From NCBI RefSeq assembly GCF_035594765.1, contig NC_085843.1, positions 174,259,971 to 174,323,970 of the forward strand: a DNA stretch of 64,000 nt, given 5' to 3'. The stretch comes from Anolis carolinensis. Lineage: Eukaryota. The stretch's first letter is position 1, and every line of letters begins with the position of its first letter. The notes under the pieces are model-generated. The model saw only the letters and a program-made list of their open reading frames with translations, made no database searches and was not told the origin of the DNA. The position numbers and the translations under genes are program-made. Shown piece after piece: positions 1 through 13,990 of the stretch.

Positions 1-154
1 TTAGCCACTCCGAGCCCTGGGGGAGTGTTTTTAAGATGTTTTTAAAGATGTTTTTAAGATGTTTTTAAATTGTTAGATTTTAGCTTGTTCTTGTAAGCCG
101 CCCTGAGCCCTAGGGAAGTGGCAGCATATAAGTTTGAATAATAAATAAATAAAT
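1..154 (+). mobile_element. 3' tail of an L2-type LINE
   Basis: tgtaagccgccctgagccc..gggaagtggcagcatataa followed by (TAAA)n; same tail type recurs at ~5880, ~19385 and on the minus strand at ~10180, ~13760, ~29160, ~61480. Confidence 0.6.
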
Positions 155-159
155 ACTAA

Positions 160-860
160 AGGGGCATGAACTGAGTGTGGATTTAAGCTGAGGTAGTGGC
201 CCTCCATGATCTACCCCTCGGTTAAGTTGGGCGAAACACCTGGGTCCCCAGGTGTTAAAGTAAACTTTAATATTTTCAGGACAAGCCCTCAGGAAAACAC
301 ACAAAGAATTCTGGCCCAAGTCCAGAACTCTCCCCATTTCAAGGCCATTTCCGTTCGCCTTTACTTCAGTTATGTAAACTTACACCACAAAGGGGTGCCT
401 TAGGTGTACACCAAATGTAAACCTATGACTGCTTTCCACAGGCAGTCCTATTTAAAGGCCCACCACTCCCCATTTGCCTATTTAAAGGCCCACCACTCCC
501 CATATACCCTCCTCAGTATAGGGTAGGCAAAACCCCCATCCCCTAGAACATAACGGGAAGAATTCCTACCCGGCCCCCATAGGCGACCAATATATTATAC
601 TGTTAATGGTGAAAGAGCAGGCCAACTATAAGTTTGAACTGAGCTCAATGGGGTGAGCTGCTCCCCAAGGTAGCCACACCCCCAAAAGTAGTTCATCCAT
701 AACAATATTCCAAATGGCTGGCCTCCCTTCAACATGGGTGGCAAAAGGCCCCGCACCAGTAGTATGGGGCTTGGAAAGCAAATTATAATGTTCACCATAA
801 CTTTATCATATTGAACCACCACCGGAAGAAACATGCCACATGAAATTGAAGGGGGGGGGG
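160..860 (-). mobile_element. Copy 1 of a ~700-bp interspersed repeat (solo terminal repeat, DIRS/Ngaro- or LTR-like)
   Basis: Reverse complement aligns by eye with 21760-22500 and 56610-57287 (gtttacat..tacacctaaggcac..tttgtggtgta; ttaacagtataat); class assignment is inference. Confidence 0.6.
447..503. repeat. 30-bp-period tandem duplication
   Basis: cctatttaaaggcccaccactccccat at 447-473 and 477-503. Confidence 0.9.
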
Positions 861-1886
861 ATATTTAATCTGGATCTAGCCTGGTGCTCTTTATAAATTT
901 CAAAATAAAGATTTTGGAAACTTCCCTCCACATTGCCCATCCCAATTATTTTTGGTCAGAAAAAGGAAAATGTGCTGGTTGTAGCAAGATATTTAAACAG
1001 AGTAAAGGAGAGCCAAAAAGATGAGACAGGAATTAAAATGTCCTTGTACCTCTCACTGTATACACTTCAATGGATCAGTGACCACAAATTTATGATCACT
1101 CAAGTAGAAAAGTGAAAAATGTGACAGAGCAGTCAGGGTTACTGGGATCATAACAGACTAGAACAGCATCCTGTTACTATGCCTTCTCACACATAGCCTT
1201 AAACAAAAAAGAACAGTGAGAACTGAAAGCTTATTTTACATGTACTGCTAACTAGGTTAATGTTGCATTTACCAGATTTAAAGATTACTTATAAGCAGAA
1301 GGAATTAAATGTATTGAAGATCAATAAGCACACAGCAATTTTACAAGTACATAGTGAGATGGCATACCTGGTAGTTACATGTCAAATTCACAGCAGGGTC
1401 TGTTCTTGCAGTGACCCACCAAGCTGAACAGAACTCATCCGCCATATTTCACAATACAGCAAGGGTTTTAGATAATGTCCTGATTTTGCTCCTTGGTTGG
1501 ACCTATGGAAGCATGGATTTGCCAGTGTGGTTTTCTCCCACTTTTATTCTAGCTAGCTAGCTAGCTAGCTATCATTTTGGGAAGAGACTTGTAAACTTTG
1601 GTAAATTTCTATCAAAATGCAACCTAAATGAAATTCTCACACTCCTAACCAGGACGGCCAAAAGCAAAACTTCAAAGAATATGGCAGGCTACAATATATA
1701 TTCCAAGCAATGGAATATTGTGGTGAGAGAATTAGGTGAAGGCTAGAGAAACCCAGATTTAAAATGCTGCTGTGCCATGAGGAAAGTGTGGTGGTGTCTG
1801 ATTCTCCAGCCTAGTTAGTATACACTCTGGATGTGTGAAGAGATATCATCCAGAGTAATCTTCCCATTTAGCCTATTCAGTAAGAC

Positions 1887-2021
1887 CAGTGGTTCTCAAC
1901 CTGTGGGTCCCCAAATGTTTTGGCCTTCAATTCCCAGAAATCCAAACAGCTGGTAAACTGGCTGGGATTTCTGGGAGTTGTAGGCCAAAACACCTGGGGA
2001 CTCACTGGTTGAGAACCACTG
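1887..2021. mobile_element. hAT-type MITE (palindromic, 135 bp)
   Basis: TIR cagtggttctcaacc/ggttgagaaccactg; 8-bp TSD agtaagac/agttagac. Confidence 0.9.
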
Positions 2022-3143
2022 AGTTAGACTTTGTGTTACTGCTGGCTCAAAAGAAGGGTTAATATCTTCTAGGGTTCAATCAAAATGTGAAAGAATCTAT
2101 CCAAGGAACTGGACCTGTTCAGTTGAATACTTTGGGCATCTCTTTTAGATTTTAAGATGTAATCTCACTAGCTCCCAACAGACTATGGCTTATTTGAAAT
2201 ATACAACAAAACAAAACAAAATAAAAACAAAAATGTTAACCAAAGTAGTTTTGAGTGCAGCATGAAAACAGCTGGGAAGTGTCAGTATGTGTTCTGATCT
2301 CTTTATTCAAATGCACACCAGCAACTTATAGTGGCAGCCAAGTCTTCTGGCTCATTGCTTTATGGGGGGAAAATCAGTGCTGGAACAGCAGGTCAATGCA
2401 CTGATGTTGCTGAAATGTCTAGTCTGCTGTGTATTCTGCTTTGGGAAATGTAGCTAACATTTGCATCATTCCATATTCTATGAAAGAAAATAATAATATA
2501 TTTAAAAACCAAAACATCAGGGCAGTGTTTCTAACATGCTGTCCTCTGTGCATTTCTCCACTTTTGTCCTTCCTTCCTTCCTTCCTTCCTCTCTCTTTTT
2601 GGCAGCAGTGGCATCAGCTGTCCAATTTCGAACATATGAAAATTCATGTCCAAATGACATCAGGGCAATAAAGAAGACTCAAGCCCCCAGGAATCTGCTT
2701 TAACCCATCTGATGCTTTCAAAATGGCAAAGCTATGTTACTAGAATGAAGGTCTGGATAAAAGGTCACACCAATATTTGTAAAATGTTGAGACCAGCCAT
2801 GGATGCCCTGAAGTCCAAATGGGAAGGGAAACCATTTCTAACAGTACAGATTATCCTTGCAGGAAAAAGTTCTGAAGGGGAGTCTAGTAGCCATTCGGCA
2901 CGAGACTGGGAGTTTTATTCCATTTACATTCCTACAACACAAAAGAGGCAAAATGGGCTTGGAGGACTCGGAACCCCATTAATAGAAGTACAATTAGGAT
3001 GTACCCCACAGGAAAGGTACTACCAAGTTCAGTAAGTCAACTAATGAAGAATGCTAATGAAGCCATAGGAAGGAAATAATTCCTTCAGAAAATGGGGTTG
3101 ACAGCCAAACATGAAACAAAATCCAACTTATGTTTGTATAAAA

Positions 3144-3480
3144 TCATAGAATCAGAGTTAGTAGAGTCCCCAAGAACCATTTAGTTCCCATATATACTAT
3201 CATATAATGCAGTTTGAACTGGATTATATGGTCAGCATAGAATCCTATAATGCAGATTGAACTGCATTAAATGAGTCTACACTGCCATATAATTCAGTTA
3301 AAACTGCATTATAATGGCAGTGTAGATGGGGTCTCAGTCTAGCCTCATGTTAGAGCATTCCTGATAGATGGCCATACAACTTCAAAACCAAGTGGATCCT
3401 TAGGTTATCTTTTCATTGTCAAACAAATCATATCGCCAGGTAATTCTTTCCAATATTTAGTCAGAATGTTCTTTAAAATC
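3144..3480 (-). mobile_element. Old CR1 3' fragment interrupted by a Harbinger-like MITE (~3184-3333)
   Basis: catagaatc tail and gatagatggccat match the reverse complement of the CR1 3' end at 51000-51211; insert ends ggcagtgtagatggggtc. Confidence 0.65.
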
Positions 3481-4383
3481 CAAATGCATTGTTTCAAGCC
3501 CATATCCCCAGAGCAGTAGAAAAGAACATTCCACATGGCAGTCCCTCAAATATTGGGTCACCTCTTATCCTTCTGTTTTCCAGAGTAAATATATCTGGAC
3601 TAATTCTCACAACAGTTGTTCATAGCATTTCATCTCCAGACCCTTCATTAACATGTCATCCTCCTCTGAATGCAGGAAATTGACTATGGAGGCAGTAGAA
3701 AAGCTGGAATACAATGGAGTTAATCATACTTATTAACAAAAATGAGTATGTAGAAGCATTTTTGAAGAAAATTCCATAAAACCGGGGCAGGTATTGACAA
3801 GGCTTAGGCCTCAACCTCACCGCAATCTATCTTGTAGGGTAGAACAGCTCAGATCAGGAATTATACTGCTGACTTGGACATAGATCATATAGGAATTTAA
3901 TCATTAAAACTAATGCATTTTAATGTGCCTGGAAATTAACTTGCCATTTAAGTCTGAAAAATGGGATCTATTTTATATCCATTTTACAGAGTGTACTCTC
4001 TGGTAGGGGAAACTTCTGAACACACTTAAAAAATGATGTGTGTGATTATAGTTGCCAAAAGGTGAAGTGACAGATACAATCTTGATCATTTGGATATTTT
4101 GAGCCACTTTAATTTGCATAAAGGAAAATATCTTGAACATTAATTAATAATCTTGTTATTTATATAAGACTAAGAAAACCTGACATAAGCCTTTGTCTTC
4201 AGCTATTATCTAAACAAACACAAACAGAATTTTCATAAATTAATACTAAAGCATAGAAACAAAGTCCTGTGCCTATCTTTCAAGTGGTCTTTGTACAGAA
4301 GTTACAAAATTTAATTTCTATAAAATTGATAACAAGCCAAAAACAATTTGTTGATAATTGATGATGACGCAATGAACAATAAT

Positions 4384-4650
4384 TAGGCATGTGTGATAGA
4401 TTTAAAAAAGTTTCAAAAAACATTACAAAATTAGGGGGCACTGGTGTTTCATTTTTAAAGTGTTTCTAAAATATCATTAGTAAAAAAAATTAGTTACCAT
4501 AACAAGAGTAACGAAATTTCATTACTTTTTTGTTATAGTAATTGTGCAAGAGGGGGGATTCAGGGGCTCCTTTCTCCTTCATTTATACAGCTATTGGGGT
4601 GAAACTTGATACAATGATAAGACACATTTACCATTGTTAGCCCATCAAAG
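4384..4650 (-). mobile_element. Diverged terminal fragment related to the hAT element at 40920-51803
   Basis: taggcatg..caaaattagggggca and aaacttgatacaatgataagacacatttaccattgttagccc resemble the reverse complement of 51500-51803. Confidence 0.55.
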
Positions 4651-4779
4651 TACAACTCCCATGATTCCATAACATTGAACCATGGCAGTTAAAGTAGTGT
4701 CAAACTGCATTACGTCTACAGTGCAAACACACCCCTAATCATTGTATGTCATTTTGAGTAAATGATGTCAAGTTTAATG

Positions 4780-5225
4780 GTGATGCTGATCTTTGGTACA
4801 TCCCAAAATGGAAAAAGAAAGGTGGATTTATGAAATGGCAGAAATTGACTGTTTATTTTCATTAAAGAGAAGCATTGGGATTTTTTAAAGGCGGGAAACC
4901 CTTTTTTCATTTATAAGGAAGAAAGAAGGGATGATAACATTTGCAGGGTTTGTAGATTAGTCCTATTATGTGGATTTTAAGCAGAAGTTTAACTTTTAGC
5001 TAAGTTGCAACAAGAAGTTTATTATAGTTTTATAGTTATTTCTTTCATGTGAGGGATAGAAAGTAATTTTTAATCTGATTAGAATTGTGAAGCTGATTGG
5101 GGAAGAGGCAGATTAGTGAGAGTTATGTGCATGTCTTTGTAGGTGTTTTTATTTTACTTTCTTTTTGTTGTAGTGTTAATTAGTAGCTGAGTGCATATCT
5201 TGTATGTGCTATTAAAACATAATAA
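4780..5225 (+). mobile_element. Probable decayed L1-type 3' end
   Basis: gaaatggcagaaattgact..gggaaacccttt followed by a T/G-rich UTR-like stretch; weak recognition. Confidence 0.3.
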
Positions 5226-5699
5226 TGATATTAACCCAAAATAATGTTGTAATCTGCAGATATTACGACTATATGCGCAGACATTTGATTGATTTTTTTC
5301 TTCATATTATTTTGCTATAGAATGAATCAATTGCTGGCCATCCTTTAACCACTTTCAGCACAACCTGATAGCCTCTATCTTGTAGGAAGCCCATTAGAGA
5401 TGAACCCTGTAGGAGACAGGAGAGAAGCAGAGTGCTGCAGTACATTGCAAGCACATAGACCCCTTCATTTGTGCAAGCGAACTGTTGTACCCCTGGTGCC
5501 ATTTTGGCCATAAGGCAATTACAATTTTTGTTTGGAATCCAGATTTCAAATCTGAAAAAAGGATGATTGATGACTGACTGGAATAAAAGCTGGCCAGTAC
5601 CCAATTATTCTAACCCAATGCAGCCATGGAACCATGCCTTCTTACTCATGAAACATGAGGACAGTTGTTAAAACGGGGACATAAATGCTACAATTCTGT

Positions 5700-5930
5700 C
5701 AGCTTGGCAAAGACAGAAGGCCATATTTATATAATGCCTTGCCGCCCTATATGAGAGCCATGCGTGAGTTAGGGCCTTTTACCCTAGCACTTAAGACCTG
5801 GCTCTTTACTAGAGCTTTTAATCTATGTTAATTTTATCAATATTTGTATGTATGTATTTTTATCCTTTACAATTTTATCTTGTAAATCGCCTAGAGCATC
5901 TTGGATGGAGGGCGATTAATAAGTAATTAA

Positions 5931-5965
<35 letters not shown>
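5700..5965 (+). mobile_element. L2-type LINE 3' end with (GAT)n tail
   Basis: cttaagacctggctcttt..tgtaaatcgcctagagc..gggcgatt followed by (GAT)~11 at 5933-5965. Confidence 0.65.
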
Positions 5966-8900
5966 ATCAAAATTAATATAAATCCTAGAGCGGTGATGGC
6001 AAACCTTTGCCCAAACCAGGGGGAGGGGGGTTGGACATTTGTGGATCTAAGCGGGGGGTCACAAGCAAGATGGCAGCAGGGTGGTGAGCAGGAAGGTGAC
6101 AAGTGGAGGTGGTGAGCAAGTGGGCAGGAAAGTGTATGAGTGGGTGGTGGGTGAGCATGTGTGGGCAAGTGAGTGGGTGAGTGGGCAAAAAAGAGAGCAC
6201 CGTATCCCCTTCTGGCACATGTGCATACACCACCACTGTATGTATGTAGCATTACATGGTGCCACACTACTTTCATTCCTTTTATCTTTCCCTCCTCTCA
6301 AATCTTTTATCTTTTCCTTTCTCTTCCTTCCCTCGTTTTTTTTCTTCCCACATTCTCCCTTCCTTCTTCCCGTCCCTTCATTCATATATCACATTTCTTT
6401 CCCAGCAATATCACAGAAGGGCATTTCACCTAGTAACAGCCAATCCAGTGGCATCACAGAGGATCACTTCACCTAGTAACAAATATGTCCAGGGCAGGTG
6501 GTCTATACAACCTGCCATTCATTCATTCATCCTTCCATCCATTCAAAGTGACTGCTGTTGAACACTGCCATTTCCTCATGTATTAGATAAGGTTGATATG
6601 ACGTGAGCCTAATATTCTCAGCAAGCTTTCTAAAGTCACTTCTCAGGGACCATGAAAATGAGAAGGATAAATTGGGAGAAGCTGAGGGTTCAGTGTTGGA
6701 ATAGGAAGACTGCATGGAATAGCAAGCAGCTGTGGCTTCAATCTGGCCGCAGTCAAATGGATGGGTATTTTGCTACATGTCAATAGTGTTCCTTATGAGT
6801 AGGTGGTATTTTTCAAAGAACTGTATGTTCCAATATTGGCAGTGTTCTTATGACTTCTAGATAACACAGTGTTTCAAGCAGCTCCATCATAAACAGGAAG
6901 TCAAATTAACAGGAACTCGTTAGCCTTGAGTTATGCCGCTCTTTATTGCAATATATTTTTAATTAGCATTTACAAGACAAGCTTATGAGATGTAGTGAAG
7001 CATGGGGCACCAAAGATAGGTGCTTATGGCATTCACTTCTGTCTGTTTGATAATTACAGTGATATATTGCACACTAAGCAGGTTATTAGAGACATTCAGA
7101 AGGGATATTATCTTCACTCTCCAGGAGGGAGTTTATTTTTGTATGTTGCTCAGAAGAAACATGCAAATATGTGATTACATATTTTACTGGCTTGGGGCAC
7201 AATCCACCACATCCTGCATATTTTAAACTGTCTCTTATTGAACAAAATCATTGATCCTTATTAGGTTCCTTGAAAAACTGCTATCAGTCTGAGGTCCTTT
7301 CCAGCCATGCTGTCTGAAATGCTTTGAAAGCATAGATGCTAAGGATTGAATTGAAGACACACCAAAAGCATTTCCCATACCACATACCAGACTCTTGGCA
7401 TAATCATGTGCAAGTCTCATTAACTCAGAATGGTCTGTGTAGGGTTAGGGAAACAGACACTCACTTTTTGTGAGCATTATCTGTTTCTTGCAGATGATTT
7501 TTTGTGTGCAAAAACCCCCAAAACAAAACAAAGAAACCCACATATCAACAAATCTTGCAATGGATAATTCCTGAAAAGTGTTCAGAAACTATAATTTTCA
7601 AAATCTTTCTCACAGTGGAATGAAAATTGGCACAAGTATTTGTTGTTTCCTTTCAGAACAAACTAGCTGAGCATTCTGTCAGATAGAAAAGCTCAGCTTA
7701 ATGTCCTCTGTTTTGCATGAGGACATTATAGCCAGAGAGGGAAAAATGGAGATGTCCAGATATTGTCTAGTACAGCAGGTATAACTTGAAGCAGCATCTT
7801 TCATAACACCTAGCTTCAGGAGAGGAGTAGAATTTTTGGACATTTTTTTTGAGGATACCAGTGAGGGTTCTGTGTGTTTTCCTTCATGTATTTTTTTTTA
7901 TCCCAAACTATGATAGTATAATTCTGTGGAGAAAAATTGGTTTTTTTAAAATACAAAATCTGTTTTCTACACAGAAAATGTTCAATCAGCCATTTTCTGC
8001 ATAGATAATAGGTTCTCTGTAAAACGTTTTCGTACACAGATTCATTTGTGACACAAGGAATGTGGATTCTGGAGGGAATATTACAGATTATATTCAACAT
8101 TGGGGAAACTGAATAAACAATTGTAGATAATTATGAATAAACATGTTGGAACAGGCAGGTGTAAAATGCACACACATTTCAAAGAAAACAAAACAAAATC
8201 AGAACAAAACTAGAATCAAACCAAGGTTGGGATGGGAAACCAGGTGGAATATTTAATATTGCAATAGATTCAGGGATGCCAGATATCAGAGTCTAACTCT
8301 GAGTCTCCAGCTTTCCTGGGTCTTCTCTAGACAAAAGACAAGGCTATAATTCTAGAACTATTCTCAGGATGAAGGGGTGGGCTGTTTGTAGATTAACTGT
8401 AAAGTTTAATTGATTTGTTGTTACCACTTGTAAAGACTCTGGGGGTGAAGAAGATCAATATATTTCTTTATTTAGTTTCTTTCCCAGTCAGTACTGTGCC
8501 AGGGCTCAGTCTCTACTTCTCTTTAGCTTGACATTCAAGCTATAAGCAAATAGGCTAGATTAAATGTTCCTGATCCCATTTCTCTAAATAGGTGAGAATG
8601 CATCATCCTCCTTCATTTCATCCCTTTAAGCTAAGATTTCTGTCTTGATGTCCAAAGAGGATTTATGTATGTGTCTGTGAGCAACCATGGCTGATAATTA
8701 ATACAAAAGGTTTTACAATATCATCAGGGGTCATCCTTGGGTCTCAGGTTCTGGCCCTGAAATGTCACGACCTTGGATAATTCTCCAAAACCTAAACAGA
8801 AGGGAACAGGGAGTTTTTCACATTCCTACTCCAGCTTTGGTCTTATGAAATAATTCAAAGATTTCCTCCTCTTCATGTCAGTTAGATAAAAAGGCCTACA

Positions 8901-9692
8901 AGAAAGACGCTTTTCTGCCTTCAAGCAGGCAGGAAAGTGGGAAAATTTCATACCTTGCTTTCCCCCACCCATCCCTTTCAATTAAATGCCTGGGATGAGT
9001 GCTTAAGGGACACTTTGCTCTTCAGTTAAAGTAAATGACAAGCCCAACAGAGTCAGTGAGGCTGCTGGATTTTCAATTGCCATCTCCCAGAAAAGAATTA
9101 ATTGACACAATTGTCTCTTGAAGATGAATCATTCATAGAATGATTAAATTATCAAAGCCCTCAAATAAGAAGATAATATCTAGGTTTCCATGGTAAATCA
9201 TTAGATCTGGGAAATAGGAGCAATGTAAGTTATCTGTGGTCTGCCATTCTAAGCAGGATGAGAAAGAGTCTATATCTGGGAATAATTGTTGCATAGAAAT
9301 TATAGACAATTTCGAAGAACACATTTGAAGGACAAATGAAGCTACAAGGCATGTCTGTAGGCACTAGTCAGAGTTTTACTGCCTGAGGACAGCTTTCAAA
9401 GTGGAGAATGTCAGTTGAATAGAACAAAATTACATTACAAGGACTTGTGTATGCTTTCTTCAATTATTGCTATTACTACTACATCTTTTCCTTCTGCCAG
9501 TACTATTATTTTTGTTCTTGTCATAACTGTTATTTTCTGCTCCTGCTACTGAGGAATAGCCTCACAGCTCCTAACAGAAAGCAGAAGAACAATGAAGAGA
9601 CTGCTTCCAGTTTTAAAATTATATTTAAACAGCCTTATGCTTATGCTTTGCTATTTATAGAAGCCTGTATATTTTCCCCAGACATATAGTAT

Positions 9693-9865
9693 TATATAAT
9701 GGTTTGGTAGTTGAACTATAGCTCTGGAAACCAGGGTTCAAATCCCCACTCAGAAATGGAAACTGATTAGGTGACCTTGGATGAGTCACAATCTCTCAGC
9801 CTCAGAGAATGGCAAGGGAAAAATCACTTCTGAACAGATCTTACCAAGAAAACACAATGAGATGC
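9693..9865 (+). mobile_element. tRNA-derived SINE (MIR/Anolis SINE2-like)
   Basis: B-box ggttcaaatccc, core gtgaccttgg..agtcac..tctctcagcctcag. Confidence 0.65.
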
Positions 9866-9914
9866 GCTAGCTCTTATTTATTGTTGAACAAAAACATGAA
9901 CATTTATTATATAC

Positions 9915-10171
9915 TGTATAGTAGTTGTCATCACAAACCAGCAGAACCAAACTGAATCCTATCAAGAATTTATTGTTACTACCATTATTTCCATGTACAA
10001 GAATCTATGGTACCACTCCTGCATGCTCTGGTGTTCTGTTCGGCAGGCATGCTTCCAAACAAAAACTTTGCTAGGTCTTACTTTCAGGGGAGGCCTTATA
10101 TTTAGAAATTCAGCAAAACCTCTACTAGGTCTTATTTTCAGGGGATGTCTTATTTTCGGAGAAACAGGGTA
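9915..10171. mobile_element. Tc1/mariner-type non-autonomous fragment
   Basis: Repeated ctaggtctta(c/t)tttcagggg units, ends gaaacagggta. Confidence 0.5.
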
Positions 10172-10174
10172 ATA

Positions 10175-10860
10175 AGTCTATTTATATACGGCTTTTCTCC
10201 CTAAACGGGACCCAAAGTGACTTACAACATTATAAAAGACAATACAAAGCAAGAAACATATGTAAAATGACAACCTATAAAAACAAATTTACAATAAGAA
10301 ATAAACATATTTAAAAACATTTGTCTAATACAGTTACTACAGACAACTCAACAGGATAGAAGGTGATCTTAGCATGACTCAATAGAAGTTAGCCTTCCTG
10401 TCATTACAGCTAAATTTCTTCATCAAAAGCTTGTGTGAACAGGAAGGTCTCTAGCTGCTTTTAAAAAGAGGTCAGGAAAGGGGCTGTTTTAACCACCTTC
10501 GGGAGGGGGGTTCCAAAGAGTTGGAGCAGCCAATGAGAAGGCCCTCTCTCTCATCACCACCAACCACATTTGCAGCAATGAGAGGAGGGCCTTGCTAGAA
10601 GATCTTAACATTTGGGCTGGTTGGTATGAGGAGATGCAGTCAGATGGGTAAGTAGGACCTGAACCATTTAGAGCTTAAAAGATCAAAACCAGCACCTTGA
10701 ATCGGGTCCAGAAAGGAATTGGCAGCCAGTGCAGGTGCTTTAGTAGGGGGGTAGTATGCTCCCTGGATCCAGCACCTGTTAATAACCTGGCTGCAGATCT
10801 CTGAACTAATTGAAGTTTCCAGACACTCTTCAAAATAGCTTGAAGCAATACAATAACAAA
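10175..10860 (-). mobile_element. L2 LINE 3' fragment (ORF2 C-terminus + UTR)
   Basis: ORF 10675-10917 encodes KLQLVQRSAARLLTG..EHTTPLLKHLHWLPI, the L2/CR1-clade RT C-terminal motif. Confidence 0.85.
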
Positions 10861-12282
10861 TCCTTGTCTCCAAACTGGAAGAAACTTTTTGTGAAAGTGG
10901 CTGTAGTCCTCCAACATGTCCTGGTAATGTGACTCCCCAATGTTCCATAGTTGTCCACTTTTGCTTTTAATAATTACAGCATTTTATCTAAATAGGCATA
11001 AAAAGAATACTCTGGACAAAATTTGCACATTGATGTTTTCAGCAGATATCTACATTCAGGAAGCCACATTTTCTGCTTGGAAAACAACATTCTAACCAAG
11101 AAAATGCTGTTTTCTATGAAGTAAATAATATAAACAAGGATTTATCCTGGATAAATTGCAACATGTTTAATTTGTATGGAAAAATCATTTTCTGTGAAGA
11201 AAACAGCCTTTTCTGCACTACAAGTAATACTTGTATATTGAAATGTAATTTTCTATGCAGAAAATACTGTTTCCCGAACAGAACGTTCTGTTTTTATGGA
11301 AAACAATCACATGTGAATTTTGTGCAGACTCTGTCCTGAATATCCTTTAAATATGTGTAAAACTTTCTAGCAGTGGGAAGAAAGTTACTGAAATTACTCA
11401 TTGCTATCTTCACAAAGAAATTTAGTGAATATTGTTTTCCAAATACCTGAGAAGAAGTCCCTACTATAAAACTTCAAATATGTATGAATAGTGAATATCA
11501 CTTGCCTTTGCCCTTTCTTTCTATCCATACATCTAGTTTAGCTAGATCTTGGTGGTCCTCTTCAGTATTACTGTACATCAAGCTAAGTTCAATTGAAAAG
11601 CTACATTTCAAAGATAAATGTTAATATATTGAAAAACAAAACTTTAGGAAGCTGCGTCTTTTTGTATATTTCTCATATCAACCCCTCATGCCTATAGCTC
11701 AGGGTTAACAGGGTGACAGAGGTAACCTTCATTCATTTGTATGTTAATATTTTTTGAAGCAATTGAAGCCTATGGCCATTAACACATCATATGCCAGGTA
11801 CCAGGTTCCCATTTACTAGGTAGTTTTCTTTATGGAAGCACTGATGAACAGGGAAAGTGGCAGGTCTGGCTACATGGTAAGTAGCCACTTGTTGCTGTGC
11901 TGCTATTGTTCAACTGTACTGGAAGGCAACCAGCAACACCAACTAGTTTCAATGAGGCAGGACCTTAATGGAAACAAGGAGTACATATTCTTCTCCATTA
12001 AAAAAGTTTCCAAATATTTAAACACTGCTGATGGAAAGAGAGCAAATAATGTTTATCATGCAGGGAGTTTCAAAGTCTTGGAACAATTATGAAGTGGTCC
12101 CTTTTCATTGCCCCACTAAATGAGCCTGGAAAGACAGTGGGACAGAGAGAAGGGCCTCTCTAAATGAGCTCAGCACTTAAAGGAAGAAAGTTATTATCCT
12201 TCAAGTTATTTGAACAATAATAACTTTCTTCCTTGGAGTTAAGCCATCCATTGAGAGAGTGTCTTTGTGCAAAATGGAATAA

Positions 12283-12570
12283 CACTATATACCACGATTT
12301 TTGATCCTGGGTTATAAATGCCATTTCCTTATTGGTTCCATCATAAAAACATGGAAAAAGTGCAAAAACGTTTTTGTGGGGCATCCTGTAGCACATTTTC
12401 CTATAGTTTTTCAATGAATATCTCGCAGAGTCCCAACCAAATCAACATGGCAGCCACAAAAATGAAATTTCTGAAATATAACTACTTTCAAAGTATGTAC
12501 CTCACAATTAAACAGGAAATAACACTGTCAAACCAGGAACAGAAAATCTTTCAAATTTTGTTACATAGTG
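12283..12570. mobile_element. Chapaev3-like non-autonomous DNA transposon
   Basis: Termini cactat../..atagtg, 3-bp TSD taa/taa; second copy at 62015-62310. Confidence 0.75.
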
Positions 12571-12912
12571 TAATGTCCCAGACAATGGGACTCTAGCACA
12601 AATAAGTTCTGCTTGACATATTAGATACATATGCACAACCCTTTCCCCATTATGTTCAAAGATATAAGCTGCTATATGTGATAAAGATATGGCTATAACC
12701 CTGTATTACAAATGTGAGGAATGGGATTCAGTACTTGAAAGGAAATACGTTAATTATGTCAGCGGGCATTTCAGCAAGATGTTTTTTAAAATAAAAATAA
12801 TCAGCAACCTAAGCAAAATGGTTGCACTTTTTTTCTGAATGGTTCAAGGAAGAGAAAGAAAAAGGCAAACTGAGGGACAATGTAACACATCTAAGAAAAA
12901 AGCTGTGATTCA

Positions 12913-13564
12913 GGGTCCTTCCAGACAGACCTTTAAATCACAACCTGTCTCATGAATTAATGTGAAGTAAACAGGTTTTACCAGTTTGCTCCGCATTAAT
13001 TAAAGACCTCAATTAATCTGGGCCTTCCTGAAAGGTCTGGGTTTGTTGAGGTGCTGGGTCTGTGGGGGCGGACTACTGGGACTGCTTCTACAGCCCCGGG
13101 GGTCATTCCCCACAGCCATCCTACTTTTTCAGACTTCAAAAAGCCTGGAAGAGTGAGATGGCCCCACCCTCTCTTCTCCAGCCCCTCATTTGGGCCTCAA
13201 AACCTACAGGAGAGGCTTGATAGCAGTGTGGTCCTTTCCTTACAGTCCTCCTGGAGCAAGAAAATGGCACATCAGGAGGGTGGAGGGATTTCCCTCTTCT
13301 CCCTTTCTGATGCATCATTTTCTTGCACCAGGAGAAGTGTAGGCAGGGGCCTATGCTGATGACAGGCCTCTCCCATAAGTTTTGCAGTCCAAATGGGGGA
13401 TGAGGGTGGTGGTGGATGGCATCCCGGATCAACCTTTGGTTGATCCAGAATGCCATGTAGCCACCTCCCAAAGGAAAGCCCATGATTTGGGGACACCAAA
13501 CCGAGTGGACGCAGGTTATTTTAACCTATTTCCGTTTGGTTTTTCCTTATGTCTGGAAGTGCTC
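12913..13564. mobile_element. PIF/Harbinger-like non-autonomous element
   Basis: TIR gggtccttccagaca/tgtctggaagtgctc; 3-bp TSD tca/tca. Confidence 0.7.
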
Positions 13565-13734
13565 TCAAACTACCAAGATACTCTTCCATTCATGCTTCCT
13601 TTTGCACAAGCTGAAGGTAAGCTCCAACCAAAGAGAACAAGGAAATTGAAGTGAACATAAATGTGTTTACCATGCAAACCTCAGACAAACTGCTGAGTAG
13701 ACAGATAGGCATACAGGGATGGATGGATGGATAG

Positions 13735-13990
13735 ATTAATAATAACAACAACAACAACAACATTATTTACATTCCTCCCCTCTCCCCAAAGGGACTCAGA
13801 GAGGACTACAACAATATGACAGTAAAAACAAAAATAATCATATCCATATAAACAATATAAATTAAATAAACAACAAATATTAAGCAAAATAGGTAACAGT
13901 AAAAGTAAAAACACCCATATTAAATATGACATAAAAGGCATTCATCAATAAATGAACAGAAAAACAATACTTATACAATACATACATATA
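13735..13990 (-). mobile_element. L2-type 3' tail
   Basis: (AAC)n, then tttacattcctcccctctccccaaagggactcagagaggactacaa. Confidence 0.55.

Noticed and set aside
185-262. Hammerhead-ribozyme-like CGAAAC-hairpin(acctggg/cccaggt)-GTT
   Set aside because: No CUGANGA core adjoining a stem II, and the hairpin is degenerate in the other two family copies.
5875-6561. Cluster of 83-133 aa ORFs
   Set aside because: Low-complexity GT-rich and pyrimidine-rich sequence, probably inside a decayed hAT-like element (cggtgatggcaaacct at ~5991); no matching right TIR found, so not listed as a feature.
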